DNA of 63,748 bases, counting the filler, from Hausera hauseri (lineage: Eukaryota), in assembly GCA_046269625.1 (NCBI GenBank). It is 11 parts of 11 records of this genome, joined end to end, with 100 filler letters (N's around TTAATTAATTAA, not from the genome) between each part and the next. Parts side by side here need not be neighbours in the genome. Positions count along the whole stretch, not along the records: positions 34,173 to 39,785 come from JBJURY010220630.1; positions 39,886 to 43,887 come from JBJURY010826972.1; positions 43,988 to 48,043 come from JBJURY010790091.1; positions 48,144 to 52,115 come from JBJURY010848524.1; positions 52,216 to 59,607 come from JBJURY010017676.1; 6 more parts are not named here. One strand, 5' to 3'. The notes beneath the pieces were generated by a model. It was not told the origin of the DNA, did no database searches, and saw only the letters and a list, made by a program, of their open reading frames with translations. This document shows, in pieces, positions 39,501 through 52,959 of this stretch (position 1 is the stretch's first letter; each line of letters opens with the position of its first letter). A program made the position numbers and the translations under genes.

Positions 39501-39885
39501 AAAGAGCTTCTTATTAACTACATGATAAGCATTCTTCGGTTCCTTAGGACTATTCATGTTACTATTTATAAACAAATCTTTATTTACATGTAAATTATTA
39601 TTGGCATATAAATCACTTGAAATATAAATTTTACCTTATGCAACTACACCTTGATTTACCTTACAATCACACCGGAAAAAACCGCTGTTTATGGCATTTT
39701 GTACTTTTACCTTGTAATTTCTACCGTTACTGGCGTGATGATAATTATTATAAATATGTGGATGTTTATGTGGATGTACAGAGAANNNNNNNNNNNNNNN
39801 NNNNNNNNNNNNNNNNNNNNNNNNNNNNNTTAATTAATTAANNNNNNNNNNNNNNNNNNNNNNNNNNNNNNNNNNNNNNNNNNNN

Positions 39886-40030
39886 CCATGTTGTACAAAA
39901 AAGGATGGATCTTTCAGACCATGTGGCGATTATCGTCAACTTAATACGTTAACAACAATGGATGCATACCCATTACCATTAATCAAGTACATATTGCACC
40001 GACTTAATACTACCTCCGTTTATTCGACGA
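39886..40030 (+). mobile_element. RT fragment of Gypsy family A
   Basis: [33 protein letters not shown]. Confidence 0.85.
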
Positions 40031-41149
40031 TTGTGGTGCCGCGGACTAGGGCGCCACCATGGTCTAAATTGCAAATGTTATCAGAAACAAAAAATCCACA
40101 ACGATTCACCAGTTTCATTTGACGAAAGTTGTCGCTATAACAATCCGTCCGCAACGAAACTCACTCAATCTCGATAGTTATGCTTTTTTACTGATCTCAC
40201 AACTTTTGTCAATTAGATGTTCAAACTAATTCATACCAAACACAAAACAATATTCCAAATATGCAGGTCAGTATACTTTTTGTGGGGAAACATAACATCA
40301 TGTAATTGTGGACAAATGAAATTAATCAACCGTACCATCTTTGTTGTACAAATAACCAATCAAACTCCGTCAGTTTAATACATGTAAGAATGATAATAAA
40401 ATATAAAACCAGTCACTCTTTAAGTCTCAAACAATTAGCCTTCGCTGCAGGAGAAAAATTATAAGCAAGTAATTTCAGACAAAATGCAATCCATCCATCT
40501 AGCTGTGTGAATATGAATAAAACAGAAAAAAAAGAAATCATTTCAACACTGCGAAGAAATGTTGGCATATGATGTGTTTGAGACGTACACATTGTGGCAT
40601 TGTAATGTACGATGCAGGAACCAGTTATTATGTGAAACATAATAAAAATTTCTGTCGACTTGATTACGCTAAAATCGGGATTGTGTTGACTATGCAATAC
40701 GCTCAACATGAATTTCGAAATCAGATATTTGGTTAAAAATTACATTTTTCATTGACGTTATTCAAATCTATTTGTTGATAGTTTTAAGTATTGTTGCTTG
40801 ATAGTGTTTCTTGTTAATGAAATTATGATCAATAAAAAATTAATAATTGAAATTTGAAAATAAACATTACCTACGGGTCTTATCGTTGTTGTTTTGGAAT
40901 TAATCTTTTCTCAATTGATAATTGATATAAAATTGGTGTCAGAAACATCAAAGAAACTTTATTTTCGATTGCCTCATTTTTCTATCATGAATGCCGTTGG
41001 ATTATTATTTTCAAAAAATGAATATGATCATTTATCCTCTATCCTGTTGCTAACGTCAATAATGGAATATAAAACACACACAGAAGTTTATGTCAGTCTT
41101 CAATCGGATAAAAGGAACCACAATGAAGGAACTGTTGCTGGTAGCGGTA

Positions 41150-41476
41150 CAGTTCGTCGAAAACGACGAGCAAGTTCAATGTTTAATGTTTCTCAAAAGC
41201 GAGAATTGAAAAAGTTACCGTTATTAAAAGACACTCCGCCAGCAGAAAAAGAATTATTTCTGAAAAAGATTGATCAATGTTCTGTTGTGTTTGTTTTTGC
41301 CATAGATAAGTTAAGTGATTTGAAGGACAAAGAAATAAAACGATCGGCATTAAATGAATTGATTGAATATATAAATTGCAATAAAGGAATTCTAACGGTA
41401 AATCTCTATCTGGAAATTGTTAAAATTCTTGCTGTAAATTTATTTCGAACTCTTCCGCCGTCGAGTAATCCAACTG
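41150..41476 (+). pseudogene. PPP2R5: PP2A B56 (B') regulatory subunit N-terminal fragment
   Basis: SSMFNVSQKRELKKLPLLKDTPPAEKELFLKKIDQCSVVFVF..LSDLKDKEIKRSALNELIEYI..AVNLFRTLPPSSNPT, truncated after this point. Confidence 0.9.
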
Positions 41477-41489
41477 CTGCCCTTTGCCG

Positions 41490-42100
41490 TGCTACGGATG
41501 ATGCATATTATTACGACTACGAGGATTATTTTAAAGCAATTATTGAAGATTTCCATCAGATTACTAATCCTGATATACTCCATCCGACAGCCGAACTTAC
41601 CCAGAATTTGGAAAACAGTAAAACCGCTGCAGCTAACATTAAAAAACGTCTGCAAAACAAAACCCCAATTGGAATAAAAAATCAAATGATTAAAGCATTT
41701 GCTATTGATGATACTGGAATTATTTCCCAAAATATGTTTGATGCTCAAAGCATGAAGATGAAGAAAATGATATTCAGTCTGTGTTTGTTTAACGTGGCGA
41801 TCCTAGAGACAAAAAATATGGTTGTCTAGGGTTTAGTCTTCCGTATGACTTCAACGACACGGATTTTGAGATATCTATCAAACAACTTCCTAGTTTGATG
41901 CATCATGCAGCTAATATTTCAGTGATGCCGTTAGAGATGACATGAATAGATATAAAAAATACAACAATGCTGAAAATACTATTCAAAGCTTCCTTGACTC
42001 ACCCTTCCAAAGCATTCTGGAACAAGAGGTCAATAACTGTAATAAAATGCTCATTCGTATTCATCGAGGCATCAAATTGGAACAAGTACTTTTGGAGCAA
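41490..42100 (+). pseudogene. Scrambled dynein heavy chain C-terminal fragments
   Basis: NPDILHPTAEL; KKMIFSLCLF..LE.KKYGCLGFSLPYDFNDTDFEISIKQL across a frameshift; PFQSILEQEVNNCNKML. Confidence 0.65.
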
Positions 42101-42296
42101 GGTGACAACGTTGGTAGATTTTTTGAAATAAGTAATAATCAAAAATTTGGCCTAACACAATTTCAAGCTATGAAAGAAATATATGATAATATTTCAGGCC
42201 TGTTAACTATTGAAAATAAATGCACATGAGGAGGTTCTTCTATAGATGAAACAGTAGACACTCATTATTCGACGTTTGTGAGTCGTACATCTGGAA

Positions 42297-43283
42297 ATGT
42301 GCAAATTACGAATTACTCTGTTATTTATTGCTCTACGAAATGTGGACGTCGAATTTTTTAAATATCTTATTAATTGTGGAGCAAACGTTTTCTCAACTAT
42401 TGCAGCAAAGCGAAGAAATTTAGACTTAATAAAATTGCTGATTCAACACGGTATCGACCCAAAAGATTCATCTAGTCGCACGGCCCTAAGTTACTGTTTC
42501 ACAAATTGTTTCCGTCCTGGAATTGATTTATTTCTGAATAATATCGCTTGTAAATACACAGTTTCCAATTTTCAACGTCCTGCTTGCATTTCTAATGCCG
42601 TGCTAAAACGCCTGCATATTAATATCGAAAATTGTGAAGCCAGCATCCCGTATTTTGCTTTGGCTCTCCAATATGGTTCGGAAGAGGATGTTTTAACTCT
42701 CGTGCATTATGGTGCAAATTCGAATTCCGCATTTATCCATAATGGTGTAACAGTAACACCCACGTTTTTAACTTTGGAAAATGATTCTTATTCAAATCTG
42801 TGCAATTTGGTCAAATATGGTTACAATCTTAATTTTATCAGTCTACCAATTCAAGAAACATTATTGCATGCAGCTGTTCGGCTAAGAAAAACAAAATTCG
42901 CTCACGAACTGTTATTCTCCGACGTAAATGTTGATATTCGATGTCGGTTAGGTAAAGACGAGCAATATTTACCAATTCATGTAGGTGCTCAGAACGGTTT
43001 AATTGCAATTATAGAGACATTGATTTTGTTTGGAAACAGTGTTAATTCAATGATTACATTGAAAATGGTAGAGCGTTTCAGCCAATTGCATCATGCAACT
43101 TTAAATGATCTTACATCCATTGTTAAATTTCTTACTAAACAAACTTCAGCTAGCGTCGGAAATAATCCCGAAAGCAAAATTGGAAAACTTTATTACAATT
43201 ACAGAAAATTTGCTGTTAGTCACTCCGTTCTTATATTGAACGACCAAAGAACAAGTGTTGGCGGAGTTAAAAAAGGTCAGTGA
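42297..43283 (+). pseudogene. Ankyrin-repeat protein (partial or degenerate)
   Basis: TLLFIAL..KYLINCGANV; LIKLLIQHGIDP; TLLHAAVR..VNVDI; LPIHVGAQNG..LILFG. Confidence 0.8.
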
Positions 43284-45069
43284 ATATAATATTCCTAATT
43301 TTAATACTTAGCGTCAGCATCGTTTTACAATTTTTACAAAATCATTTAATAATTATACTAGCTGCGTTAACCAATACAAGTAAACTTGAGGACAGTGACT
43401 GTAAAAATTCACCATCGACTATGAACGTTAATTATGAGTCGTGGTCTTCTTTAAAAAAATTTTCCCAAAATATAAAAACAACTAAAAAGCAACCATTTCT
43501 ATCAATTCCTATCTCAAACAAATACATTGGACGATTTATTAATGAAACGAAAGACGAAAAACGACAGTGCCGGACGACTTCTCTGACAGTTTCCACCTCA
43601 GTGGGGCAGATTACACGTTACAATACGGAGATTTTGGGTGCGATCGTGTCCCCGGTGGCACGCTATACCTCCGAAATGGCACATACCTCCTCCTCCATTT
43701 CTCTTCTACAAAATAAACATGTCTTTCCTTCTATCTATCTTTTCTTCCAAAATATACATATCCACACACACCGCGCATACACCAAATCTCAATTAAATGA
43801 CTCTCATATATCATATTTCTTTTATACATATATTAATGAATGTACCAATTCTTTAACATATAAAAGCTCACCCGATGAATTGGTTACNNNNNNNNNNNNN
43901 NNNNNNNNNNNNNNNNNNNNNNNNNNNNNNNTTAATTAATTAANNNNNNNNNNNNNNNNNNNNNNNNNNNNNNNNNNNNNNNNNNNNTACAATCAGTTTC
44001 ACTTAAAAAGAGTAGACCTAATGGCTGCTGTCCGGGAAAAATTCTAGGAAAAATCTACCCCATGGCAGAAATGTTAACAGGCACTACTGCCTATTTCTCA
44101 ACCCTGGTTAAATAAAGATCTTATCTTATTTATTCTGCTATTAGAATGAATTCAGGAACTGTTGAGAATCAGGTCACAATATGATAGCTTTAGTTTGTTA
44201 GTGAGCCACGTTAAGAGTCTCTATGCAACTGTGTTTTTGTACAGACAGTAAACATTGAAATAATATGTCGGGGAAAATAATGAAGGGTTAGTAACAGCCA
44301 CACTTCACAGGAGGCAATAAAATACAATCTGAGAAGAGCCCATTGCGCATGCGTGTACTCACGCCTCCTGTCTAGATCAGCCAATTGCCGAGCAGTTCTT
44401 GTCGTCAGTAGTCGAACTTCATGATGCAGGTGATGATGATGCGCATATCGATGTTGTCGACGACGACGAAGCTGCATTTTTTGTTGTTGCAGTTTGTGCT
44501 GGGCGCCTGAAGCCTCATCTGGGCTGCAGCAAAACATTCCACTCTCAAGAAACGTTTCGTATAAGCAGATTGTTTTGCTTCCTGTACACAAATCACACAA
44601 GCGGAAATGACACTGTTACGCTGATGCTCCGGTTATGTAGTAGTTATGTCCACTTGACAACCAACTTTCTTAGTTAATCGAAGTTATTTGACAATAACTG
44701 AGATTCCAAATGTGACTACATTTAAAATGTATCCAGGTTATTCTAATTATTCATAACAATCAAGGAGGGATTTAAAAAAACCCCCAAAAAACTTTATGGT
44801 AAATTACCGGTCGCTGTTCTTACCAGAATTTTACTATAAAATGTATAGTACTACACACAAGGAAGTGTAACTTGTCAGCATTTCTATACAGAAAGTTATA
44901 AAGAAAATAAATCCAAATTAATCCAAAAATACAGATTACAAGAAATCCACTTGAACAAACAATTTCTATTAAAAAATTTTGTTAAAAAAAAGAAGAACCG
45001 ATTCCATTTTCTGTCCAGTTTCCTCACGGTATTACTGAGATCTGGAAAACAAAACAAACAAAAACAGCA

Positions 45070-45190
45070 GCATGTGTCCATATAAGACATAACCTATTGT
45101 AGAAGACACAAAAACGGTGATAGAAGGATTCTTGCTCTCGGTTGAGCATAACAAGTCACTGAGTTCAGACTTTGCTCAGGATGGTGTGCG
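45070..45190 (-). ncRNA. Candidate intronic H/ACA snoRNA
   Basis: In a 194-nt intron: TGAGCA..TGCTCA stem, H box AGAGCA (45133-45138), second hairpin region, ACA near 45073. Confidence 0.4.
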
Positions 45191-45373
45191 TCATGGTTAT
45201 GGTCTTCCAAGTCACAGGTTGAGATTGAGACTCACATGTTGTCAATCAGGTATTTCGTCTCTGCTGGAAAACAAAGCAAAAATCAGAAGGTTGCACTACA
45301 TGAACATCATATCAACTCAGCATTTGCTTAAATGTTTGTTTCACCTTTGTTACATGCACCTGACCTACTAGGC

Positions 45374-45590
45374 CAGGGTGGGCAATTCTGGTCCTTCGGG
45401 GGCCGGTGTCCCACAACTCTTAAAATGTCTCCCTGATCCAACACACCTGGATCCAATAGCTGAATCAGTGCAGTGAGGTTCTCCAGAGTCCCGCTAATGA
45501 CCTCATTATTTGACACAGGTGTGTTGAAGTTGAGACGCATCTAGAAGTTGCAGGAGTCCGGCCCTTGAGGCCTGGAGTTGCTCACCCATG
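45374..45590. mobile_element. Non-autonomous hAT-type MITE
   Basis: TIRs CAGGGTGGGCAATTC / GAGTTGCTCACCCATG, internal palindromy, 8-bp TSD TACTAGGC/TACAAGGC. Confidence 0.85.
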
Positions 45591-46162
45591 TACAAGGCCA
45601 TGAGCTAAGTTATACAACACCAGGCCTTGCCAGTAGGTGGTCCTCTACAAATGAAACTGAATTATAAACACCAAATAATGTGGAAAAACTTTGCACAAAC
45701 CAGGACCTGAAATAAAGGTAAACGTAAGTATTTCTATGGATGTTTTGATGGTGCCTTGAACCGCTTTTTCTGTGTCGTCTGGATTTCATTCCACAGATAT
45801 GTTGCATTTTATGAATGAAATGTACACCTTGATCAAGGTTTTTATTGTTTGGCAAGAGGACCTTTGGTTATTTCTTCTTTTTGCCAATGTATGTCCCCAA
45901 ACAGAGAGAACCCTTGTAACATGTTAAACAATCTTATGTCCAAATTTCAATGCACAAATTGACTTTACAAGTTACAAACATAACTGTTTTAAGCAATTTA
46001 TGAAATAGATAGTCACCGTTTATCTGAGTGTCATGAAGGCCAATAAATTGTCTTCAACCACTTATGTAAGTTACAATTCCTGCAAGCTAGCAGAAACAAA
46101 GCTGTAAATGCGTACACTTTTTATACGGGCAAACAAATAGTTTTAACATAATTTATGCTATG

Positions 46163-47089
46163 TTAGTTTTTCTCAGTCACTTTTGGTGCATTTCTCAAGT
46201 CATTGTTGGCATTTACAAAACAGTAAGTGCATTTCTCAAAACAATTTGTAGAAACAGCAAAAAATAACATTTGTTTGCTTACAAAATCCTTAGAACAGCT
46301 CTAAAAATTCTGTCAGTGATTATATCACTGACTCAAAATAAGTTATAGTTTCTCTATGTACAGATAAGACAGTCAAATTGATTAGTCATGGGAAGAGTCT
46401 ACAAAATTCACATTTATGCTTTTGCTGTAATTTATTGGCGGGCCATGCCATGGTGATTCAGAAAGAAAAAGACAAAAATGCAGAGTACAAAACAAGTAGA
46501 TAAGGAACCAGAGGACAATCTCCTTATGGAAAACTGTACAGTACTGTAGAAATTACATTACATTTTAATTTCCATTGTCATGCTGACAAAAGTTCCTCAG
46601 TGGGGTTAAGGAATGAACTGCAGGGCAGGAGGACCTCCATCAGCATCATGTTGTGGGTCGCAAAAAATATCCTGATGTTGGACTGATAGAAACTGGCAAT
46701 TAACCAATTCAGAAAAGATTTATAAAAAAAGTCGAATATAAATTAATTTAAATCTGATTGACATTATGACAACTTCAAGACTTATGCATGTTAAGACTTA
46801 CACAGTGAACTTATGCTGTTTTGGAAGTTGAGACAATTCAACAGAGACACCTTTAACACATTTTGATTGTTAAAGGTTAACAATTAAAGCAAATTAAAAT
46901 GAGAAAAAGCAGAGAAGTGCACATAATCAGTTACATGATGTGAAAGCAAAACTTGCAAAATGAATGAGAAACAATTATTTTGCAGAAATGACACAGTAAT
47001 TTGAAGATTGAACAGAACTTAAAGCAGGACTCTAGTTTTCAGAATTTAAATTATGTTCTGAGAAATGCACCCAAACTGAGAAAAACTGT
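46163..47089. mobile_element. Non-autonomous TIR DNA transposon
   Basis: Imperfect TIRs AGTTTTTCTCAGT..TTGGTGCATTTCTCA / TGAGAAATGCACCCAAACTGAGAAAAACTG. Confidence 0.7.
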
Positions 47090-49183
47090 AAAATATTAAT
47101 ATTTAAATGTCCTTATCTTAAAACCCTTCAACTGTCATGGACCCAGTGACTTTAGTGCAAGTATTTTGGGGGTGAGAGTCAAGAGGTCAAAGGAAAATAT
47201 TAAATATTAGCTCTGATGCCAAACTTTATACTTCCAAGTATTACCAAAGTATTGAAACAAAAGCTAGGGTGTTCTTCTTAACTTGAAAAAGTTGCTTCTA
47301 CCATTAACAATAACTTTAAGCACATGCAGAAATATAAATATATCTATGCAGTCATTCCTACAGAAACATTAATGGAAGTGTTGCATTTGGGAAAATTAAA
47401 TGTTCCACATAGAAAAATGTCTAACTGCAGTGCATGTACATAGACAGCATGGGTCAGAAATTACACATTTTTTTATCAGTTGGTTAAATTTAGCCAACTT
47501 CAGTTAAAATTGTGAAAGGGGCTCACCTGTGATGCAGAAATGTATTGTTGTCCTTCTCCTCCTCCTGAACGCGCAAAAATAGCAGAAACTTGATTTCAAA
47601 GACAGTAGCCGCATCCTGATAAGGACGTACTGGGCTGCCAGCACCCTGAGCTAGCACCTGCTAGTTAGCAGCTTTAGCTAGCACCTGCTAGTTAGCAGCC
47701 TTAGCTAGTGCACTGGGACTTTACTCTGAGTTCAGGACACCACAGTATCCTGAGCCAAACTCAACCACAGGAAGAGTTAAAAGAATCTTGCTGCTGATGC
47801 TGAAGGATCAAGCAGCAATACAAACTAGATAATTATTTGTTTACATGACAAATAACAGTCTCCATTTACTGTAAACCCTGCTATTTATCACAATAACAAA
47901 ATGAAAAACTCTCTAGACTATTCTCTACTAATAGCACAATATTTAAAACCAAGTGTGAGATTTGTGAAACATCAATGAAGGGCAACTTCACAATTTTTAT
48001 CCCTCCATCCATTTTCTTCATCCACTGAATCCCTCAGTGGATTNNNNNNNNNNNNNNNNNNNNNNNNNNNNNNNNNNNNNNNNNNNNTTAATTAATTAAN
48101 NNNNNNNNNNNNNNNNNNNNNNNNNNNNNNNNNNNNNNNNNNNTAATAGTAGCTAAAGTTTATGTAACACTGTGTGCTAGGTAACATTTTGATTGCTTAT
48201 ATTTACATAGCTGAAATTATTCACACTTTTTTATGTCATTCTTTGTGATTAGTGAAACACTTTTGAGATATAGTTTTAATATTGGAAATAAACCAAGTTG
48301 TATCCATTATTTATGTGCCTCTAGCCGTATAATCAATGATTTGAAAATCAGTGGTAAATGATCAACTTCATATACAATTTTATTCTGACCCCAAATCACC
48401 AAATCGTATACAATCCTACATAGAAAGACTGATTAACCATACTCTGGATACAAGATTCATTTAATTGGATAAATCTCAGTTATCGCGGATGTCCTTCAGA
48501 CGATCAGCAGAAACTCTCAATACTTCGCTTATCCAAATAACTATATAGCGGAGTCCTCTCAACAACTCGGAATAGTTAATTATTGGGAGAATAGGGCAAA
48601 CAACAACAATTCACATAAATGTAAACATTCATTTAAATAAGAATAATAAATTGTTAAACCACTGCAAATGCAACTGAACAATAATTAGAGTACTATTATA
48701 ATTATTGTTCGAACTGATGACTATTGTTTCAAAGTCAATTTTGTAATTCAGAAAATGTAGTTAAATCTCCAAAAAAATGGCGTAGCAAAATATTTATAAG
48801 AGAAGTAAAACGTCAATATGGCTAGTATAATTCCAAATTTCTCCATTGACTAACTTTCAATCATACCGTACAAAATTACAACGGCTCATATACACATCCC
48901 GAATACTGTAACAATATGACTGTTGCAGTGGAACATAAAATAAGCAGAAGATAAAAGTAAAAAAATATTGGTAATAATATTATTGAAACACACACACGCA
49001 CACACAGCCATATGTATAAATTATACATCCTAATAACCGAATAAATAATACTTTCTATTCGACAAAGCCATCGAGTAGAAATTTCTATTTACACAGCGTA
49101 AAAATGAATACGAAAAAGCGGCTAAATAAATCGGACTAGTTACATCCGGTTCCTATAGCAATTATTCGATAAAGTTCGACGAT

Positions 49184-50000
49184 CTATGAAAACGATGCAA
49201 TCGGTTTGTAAATTTTTGGGAATGGTTTCACAAAATTATAATCTCGATTGTGACAGCTGACATATTCAACCGATCGACTAAGCTGACTGAAATTCGATAA
49301 CAACGTCGACAGGGAGAGATTATTCGATTTCAAAGCTGATACGTCGTTACTAGACTCATTGTTGGTGCCGCAACTGTTGTTGTTTTTGTTACTAGGTGTG
49401 CTGGATATTTCAACGCAGAGTCGGTTGTATTTGTTACACATCAGGCGATTGGTGCAGCAGGGTACCGCAGCGAATATGTCATACGTGTAGAGACTACCGA
49501 CGAGTAGTTGAGCTCCTGTCCATGGTCGATGGTAGAATTGACAGCAGATGACGATTTCGTGCATGCAATGGAATCAAATCAAATGGAGATATTTCTCGCA
49601 ATGTTAATAGGAGTTAATTCCATTTGCCGGTGCTGCACAAAGGGAACCCGGGGAATGAGATGATGCCGGGATCGGAATACTTCTGTCCGATTCAGGTTGT
49701 GATTCATTTCTGTTTGTGTATGTTACTAATTTGGCTGGTTTCAACATTTTGGGTTGTGTTGATTTTATTTTCGAATCTGCCATGATTTTTGGACTGCTTG
49801 TTGATTTCAAAATGTCGTCATGCATTATTCGTTGAAGTACACTTTCGCATTTATATTTCTGAGACGATGACGATAGGATAAAGTTGCAATATTGGCCTTG
49901 AGTTTCACAATCCTGTATGGATGCAGAAGAAATGTGTATGTTGTACGTATCGTTTTCTTGATCGCAGATTTTAATAACGGGATCTGTCATACACTTACCG
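49184..50000 (-). pseudogene. HECA: Headcase-family protein fragment
   Basis: CQFYHRPWTGAQLLVGSLYTYDIFAAVPCC..RLMC..FSQLS..C..DYNFVKPF; upstream TYNIHI..QGQYCNFILS; some conserved Cys lost. Confidence 0.8.
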
Positions 50001-50299
50001 TGGTCGACTGGTAGATTTTCCAATTTAATATTCAAAGCAGCGACTTCTTCTCGATGGGTCGGGAAATTTCCGAATGCCGTTCTTAATGAATCAAAAAGTT
50101 TATCAGATGATGACTTGACTTCGAGTATAGAAATTTGTTTAATTAATTTATCCTTTTTCCCTAACTCATCCTGATAAGCTTTGATTTGTTCTTGTAGTTT
50201 GAACAGATGCAAACGCTCATTGGGGACGGTGATTTTGCATAGGATGCTCGGCTACCTGTGTTTAACAGGAAACAAACCAAAATTCAGTGATGCTCTCTC

Positions 50300-50428
50300 C
50301 TGTCGACGATTCTTGAAAAAATTTGAGGCGGGAAATCGGGCCCAACTATGGACCCGACGCGGCGCCAAGGGACGTCCGGCCGTTCCCGACCAAATGGGCC
50401 AAAGGGCACCAGCCGCTATGGGCACACA
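50300..50428 (-). repeat. Solo or partial LTR of Gypsy family A
   Basis: Matches 59815-59930, the 3' LTR that follows a PPT. Confidence 0.8.
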
Positions 50429-50429
50429 T

Positions 50430-52110
50430 TTGCCAACAATTGCTATGGTCTGTGATAGATACGCTTTATCCACGCGATCTGCTGCTACTCTTGCTTCTGC
50501 GGTTTTGGCTGACGTCGGCTTGGTTTCTACCGAACTCTGATTAGTGATAAAAACAAGATACACAGAGCTGTATCTAAAGCCCGGACAGAAGTTTCAAAAT
50601 TTATTGGATGTATTGTTATAAAAAGCATTTACTTTGATGGACGAAAAAACAAGGCTTTGATAAATGAAAAAATTGGGGATCGTTACCATCTCAAGGAAGT
50701 TTTAGAAGAGCACATCTCAATTTTAGCAAAACCTGGATCAATTTATTTGGGACACACATCGCCAAGTCGTGGCACTGCAAAGGAAATTCTTAATTCGATC
50801 ACAACTTTATTAGGAGGTTAAGGTTTGAATTTAGATGACGTGGTTTGCGTTGGATGTGAAAGAACTGCAACTAACATCGATTGGAAGAGTGGCGTGATTC
50901 AATATGTATATGAGTATTTGAATAGACCGTTACAATGGTATGTGTATGCTTCGTGCCAATGAGTTATCCTTCGCCATTTATTTGTAAGCTTAGATGGTTG
51001 CACTTCGTGTAATAGAGAATATTCCGGATCTATTGGAAAACAATTAGCTGTTTGCGAAAATAAAATCACGGTGTCTTTTTGTGCGTTGGCTGATAATTTG
51101 CCTGACTTGCCGAAAAATGTCGTCGATGAACTAAGTACATATCAAAAATATCTTTATGAGATATGTCAAGCTGCATCAAGTGGTTCCTGTAGTTCTGAGC
51201 TGGCAAACCATCCACCTGGAAAAATGGCGCACTCGAGATGGCTTACTTCTGCTAATCGTATACTCAAACTTTACGTAAGTACCCTTAATGAATCAAAAAA
51301 TTCTCAATTGCTTGTCAACTACGTAGTTAAGGTATACGATCCGATTTAGTTCTTAATCAAGCAAAAGACGTCGTTTAAGGACGGCGCAAAAAACATATTT
51401 ATCAACTGATTATGTACTCTCGATTTTGACCCGAAAATCTAAGATCTTTTGTGAATTCTATTATTGAAAGAAATGGTATTTTGTGCACCCAGAAAACCTA
51501 CTTGTCAGTATGTTATTTGATGATAGAGAATACATTTGGGAGCTGGCATTGCAAAGAATAATAAAAGCTAGAGAAACTGAAAGTAGCACTAAACGCAGGA
51601 TATTTAAACCAACAAAAATAAATTTCGATGATAGAAATTACACCGAAATTATTGTGTGGAACGAGAGTTAGGTTACATCACCGACGATTCTTCAAAATAT
51701 TTCTAATGAGGACCATCAAATCATAGCAAAAAATAAGAGCTAGGAAATTGTTGACTTTCATTGTCACAAAATCTCTGGAAAGATGTGTTAAACTGGTAAT
51801 AGAGGCCTCACAAAGTGTAACTGACGCTACTTCTAGAGATGGCTTCATTAGAACCAGGTGGCAATATCGAGCAGAAATGCCAAATTTTAGACACAAAAAT
51901 AAGTTTAAATTCTAAGTTTTTGTCATTGATTATAAGCTCTATTTTGGTTATTTTGTTTTCTTGTGATTTGTTTCGTTGATTTCAATAATGAAATACCTTT
52001 TAAACTTGATTTTTGTATTATTTTAGACATACGGTTTAGGTCTGTAAAAACCCAAAATTTGCAAAATTTCAAAGTGTAGTAGAGCCCTCAAGATAACACG
52101 CATTTCTAGT
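50430..52110 (+). mobile_element. Decayed DDE transposase with CxxH-type motif (hAT-like, possibly hATm group)
   Basis: SIYFDGRK..EEHISIL..PGSIYLGH; PLQW.VC..ANEL..RHLF..LDG; PGKMAHSRWLTSANRIL; HPENLL; ERCVKLV. Confidence 0.7.
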
Positions 52111-52959
52111 TTTTTNNNNNNNNNNNNNNNNNNNNNNNNNNNNNNNNNNNNNNNNNNNNTTAATTAATTAANNNNNNNNNNNNNNNNNNNNNNNNNNNNN
52201 NNNNNNNNNNNNNNNCAGTCCAGAATGTATAACGGGTACAATCTGCATTTCCTGCGAACCCCCATTCTAGTGCAATTATCAACACCGATAAAAATTAATC
52301 AGGTAAAATATGGCTCGTTGCCAAAGAAAATAGTTAAAGTGACTTGTGTGCATTGGAGGAAACGATGAAGAAAGTGGACAATGATTTGATGTTGTCCAGT
52401 GATATTTGGGACACATCCTCGTTTTTCCTTAAAGGCAACATAGCGAAAATTGTGCGTGCAAGTGGACAAACAGTAGTTTTGCCAACGGAAGGGTTAAAAG
52501 GATACCTGACAATAAAGCTGAAAGGATATAAGGGACTGTGTGGTATTAAATCGCCAATGTGGTAGTTAGGGAAATTTACCCTAATGAATTGACTTAGTTT
52601 TTTGGTGTTTTTAGTTTATGATCTGTAATAAAATTTATTTGCGTTTTTGTGTTGTGTTGTGTTGTTTGTGAAAAGTATTTGAGATTTTGAGTAACATGAG
52701 ATTATTTTTCGCTAATCCAACTTAAGCCCCATCGCTTTGTTATAAAACAGAAGACAAAAACTAGTGTAAAAATATGTTATTGATCACATGTACAGCAGAT
52801 GAATGTAAAACAAAGATCACAAATGTCAATGATCTTGCTGGTATGAATTGCATCTTTGTACTGACTGAACTGCACTGTTACTGACTGAGTAATGAACCTG
52901 TGTTATTTCAAACGCCAATGTCCACACGCCCAACTCTTATTTCGCCCCACCCACTTTCG

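Larger units (their letters stand above)
44950..47776 (-). ncRNA. Spliced short transcript, probable snoRNA host gene (exons ~47776-47527, 45263-45236, 45041-?)
   Basis: 5'TOP-like CTCTTCCTG; AG/GTGAGC and AT/GTGAGT donors; polypyrimidine-CAG acceptors; spliced ORF only 41 aa; 3' end not defined. Confidence 0.5.
43988..48043. other. Teleost-like contig (probable host contamination)
   Basis: NRF1-type TGCGCATGCG, CCAAT and ETS CGGAA motifs near 44340-44610; GCTAGC/TTAGC-rich 5' region; fish-type MITEs; CCATCCATTTTCT repeat start near 48005; vertebrate-style splice sites. Confidence 0.7.

Noticed and set aside
44211-44677. His/Gln-rich ORFs as genes
   Set aside because: They arise from trinucleotide microsatellites in a promoter-like region
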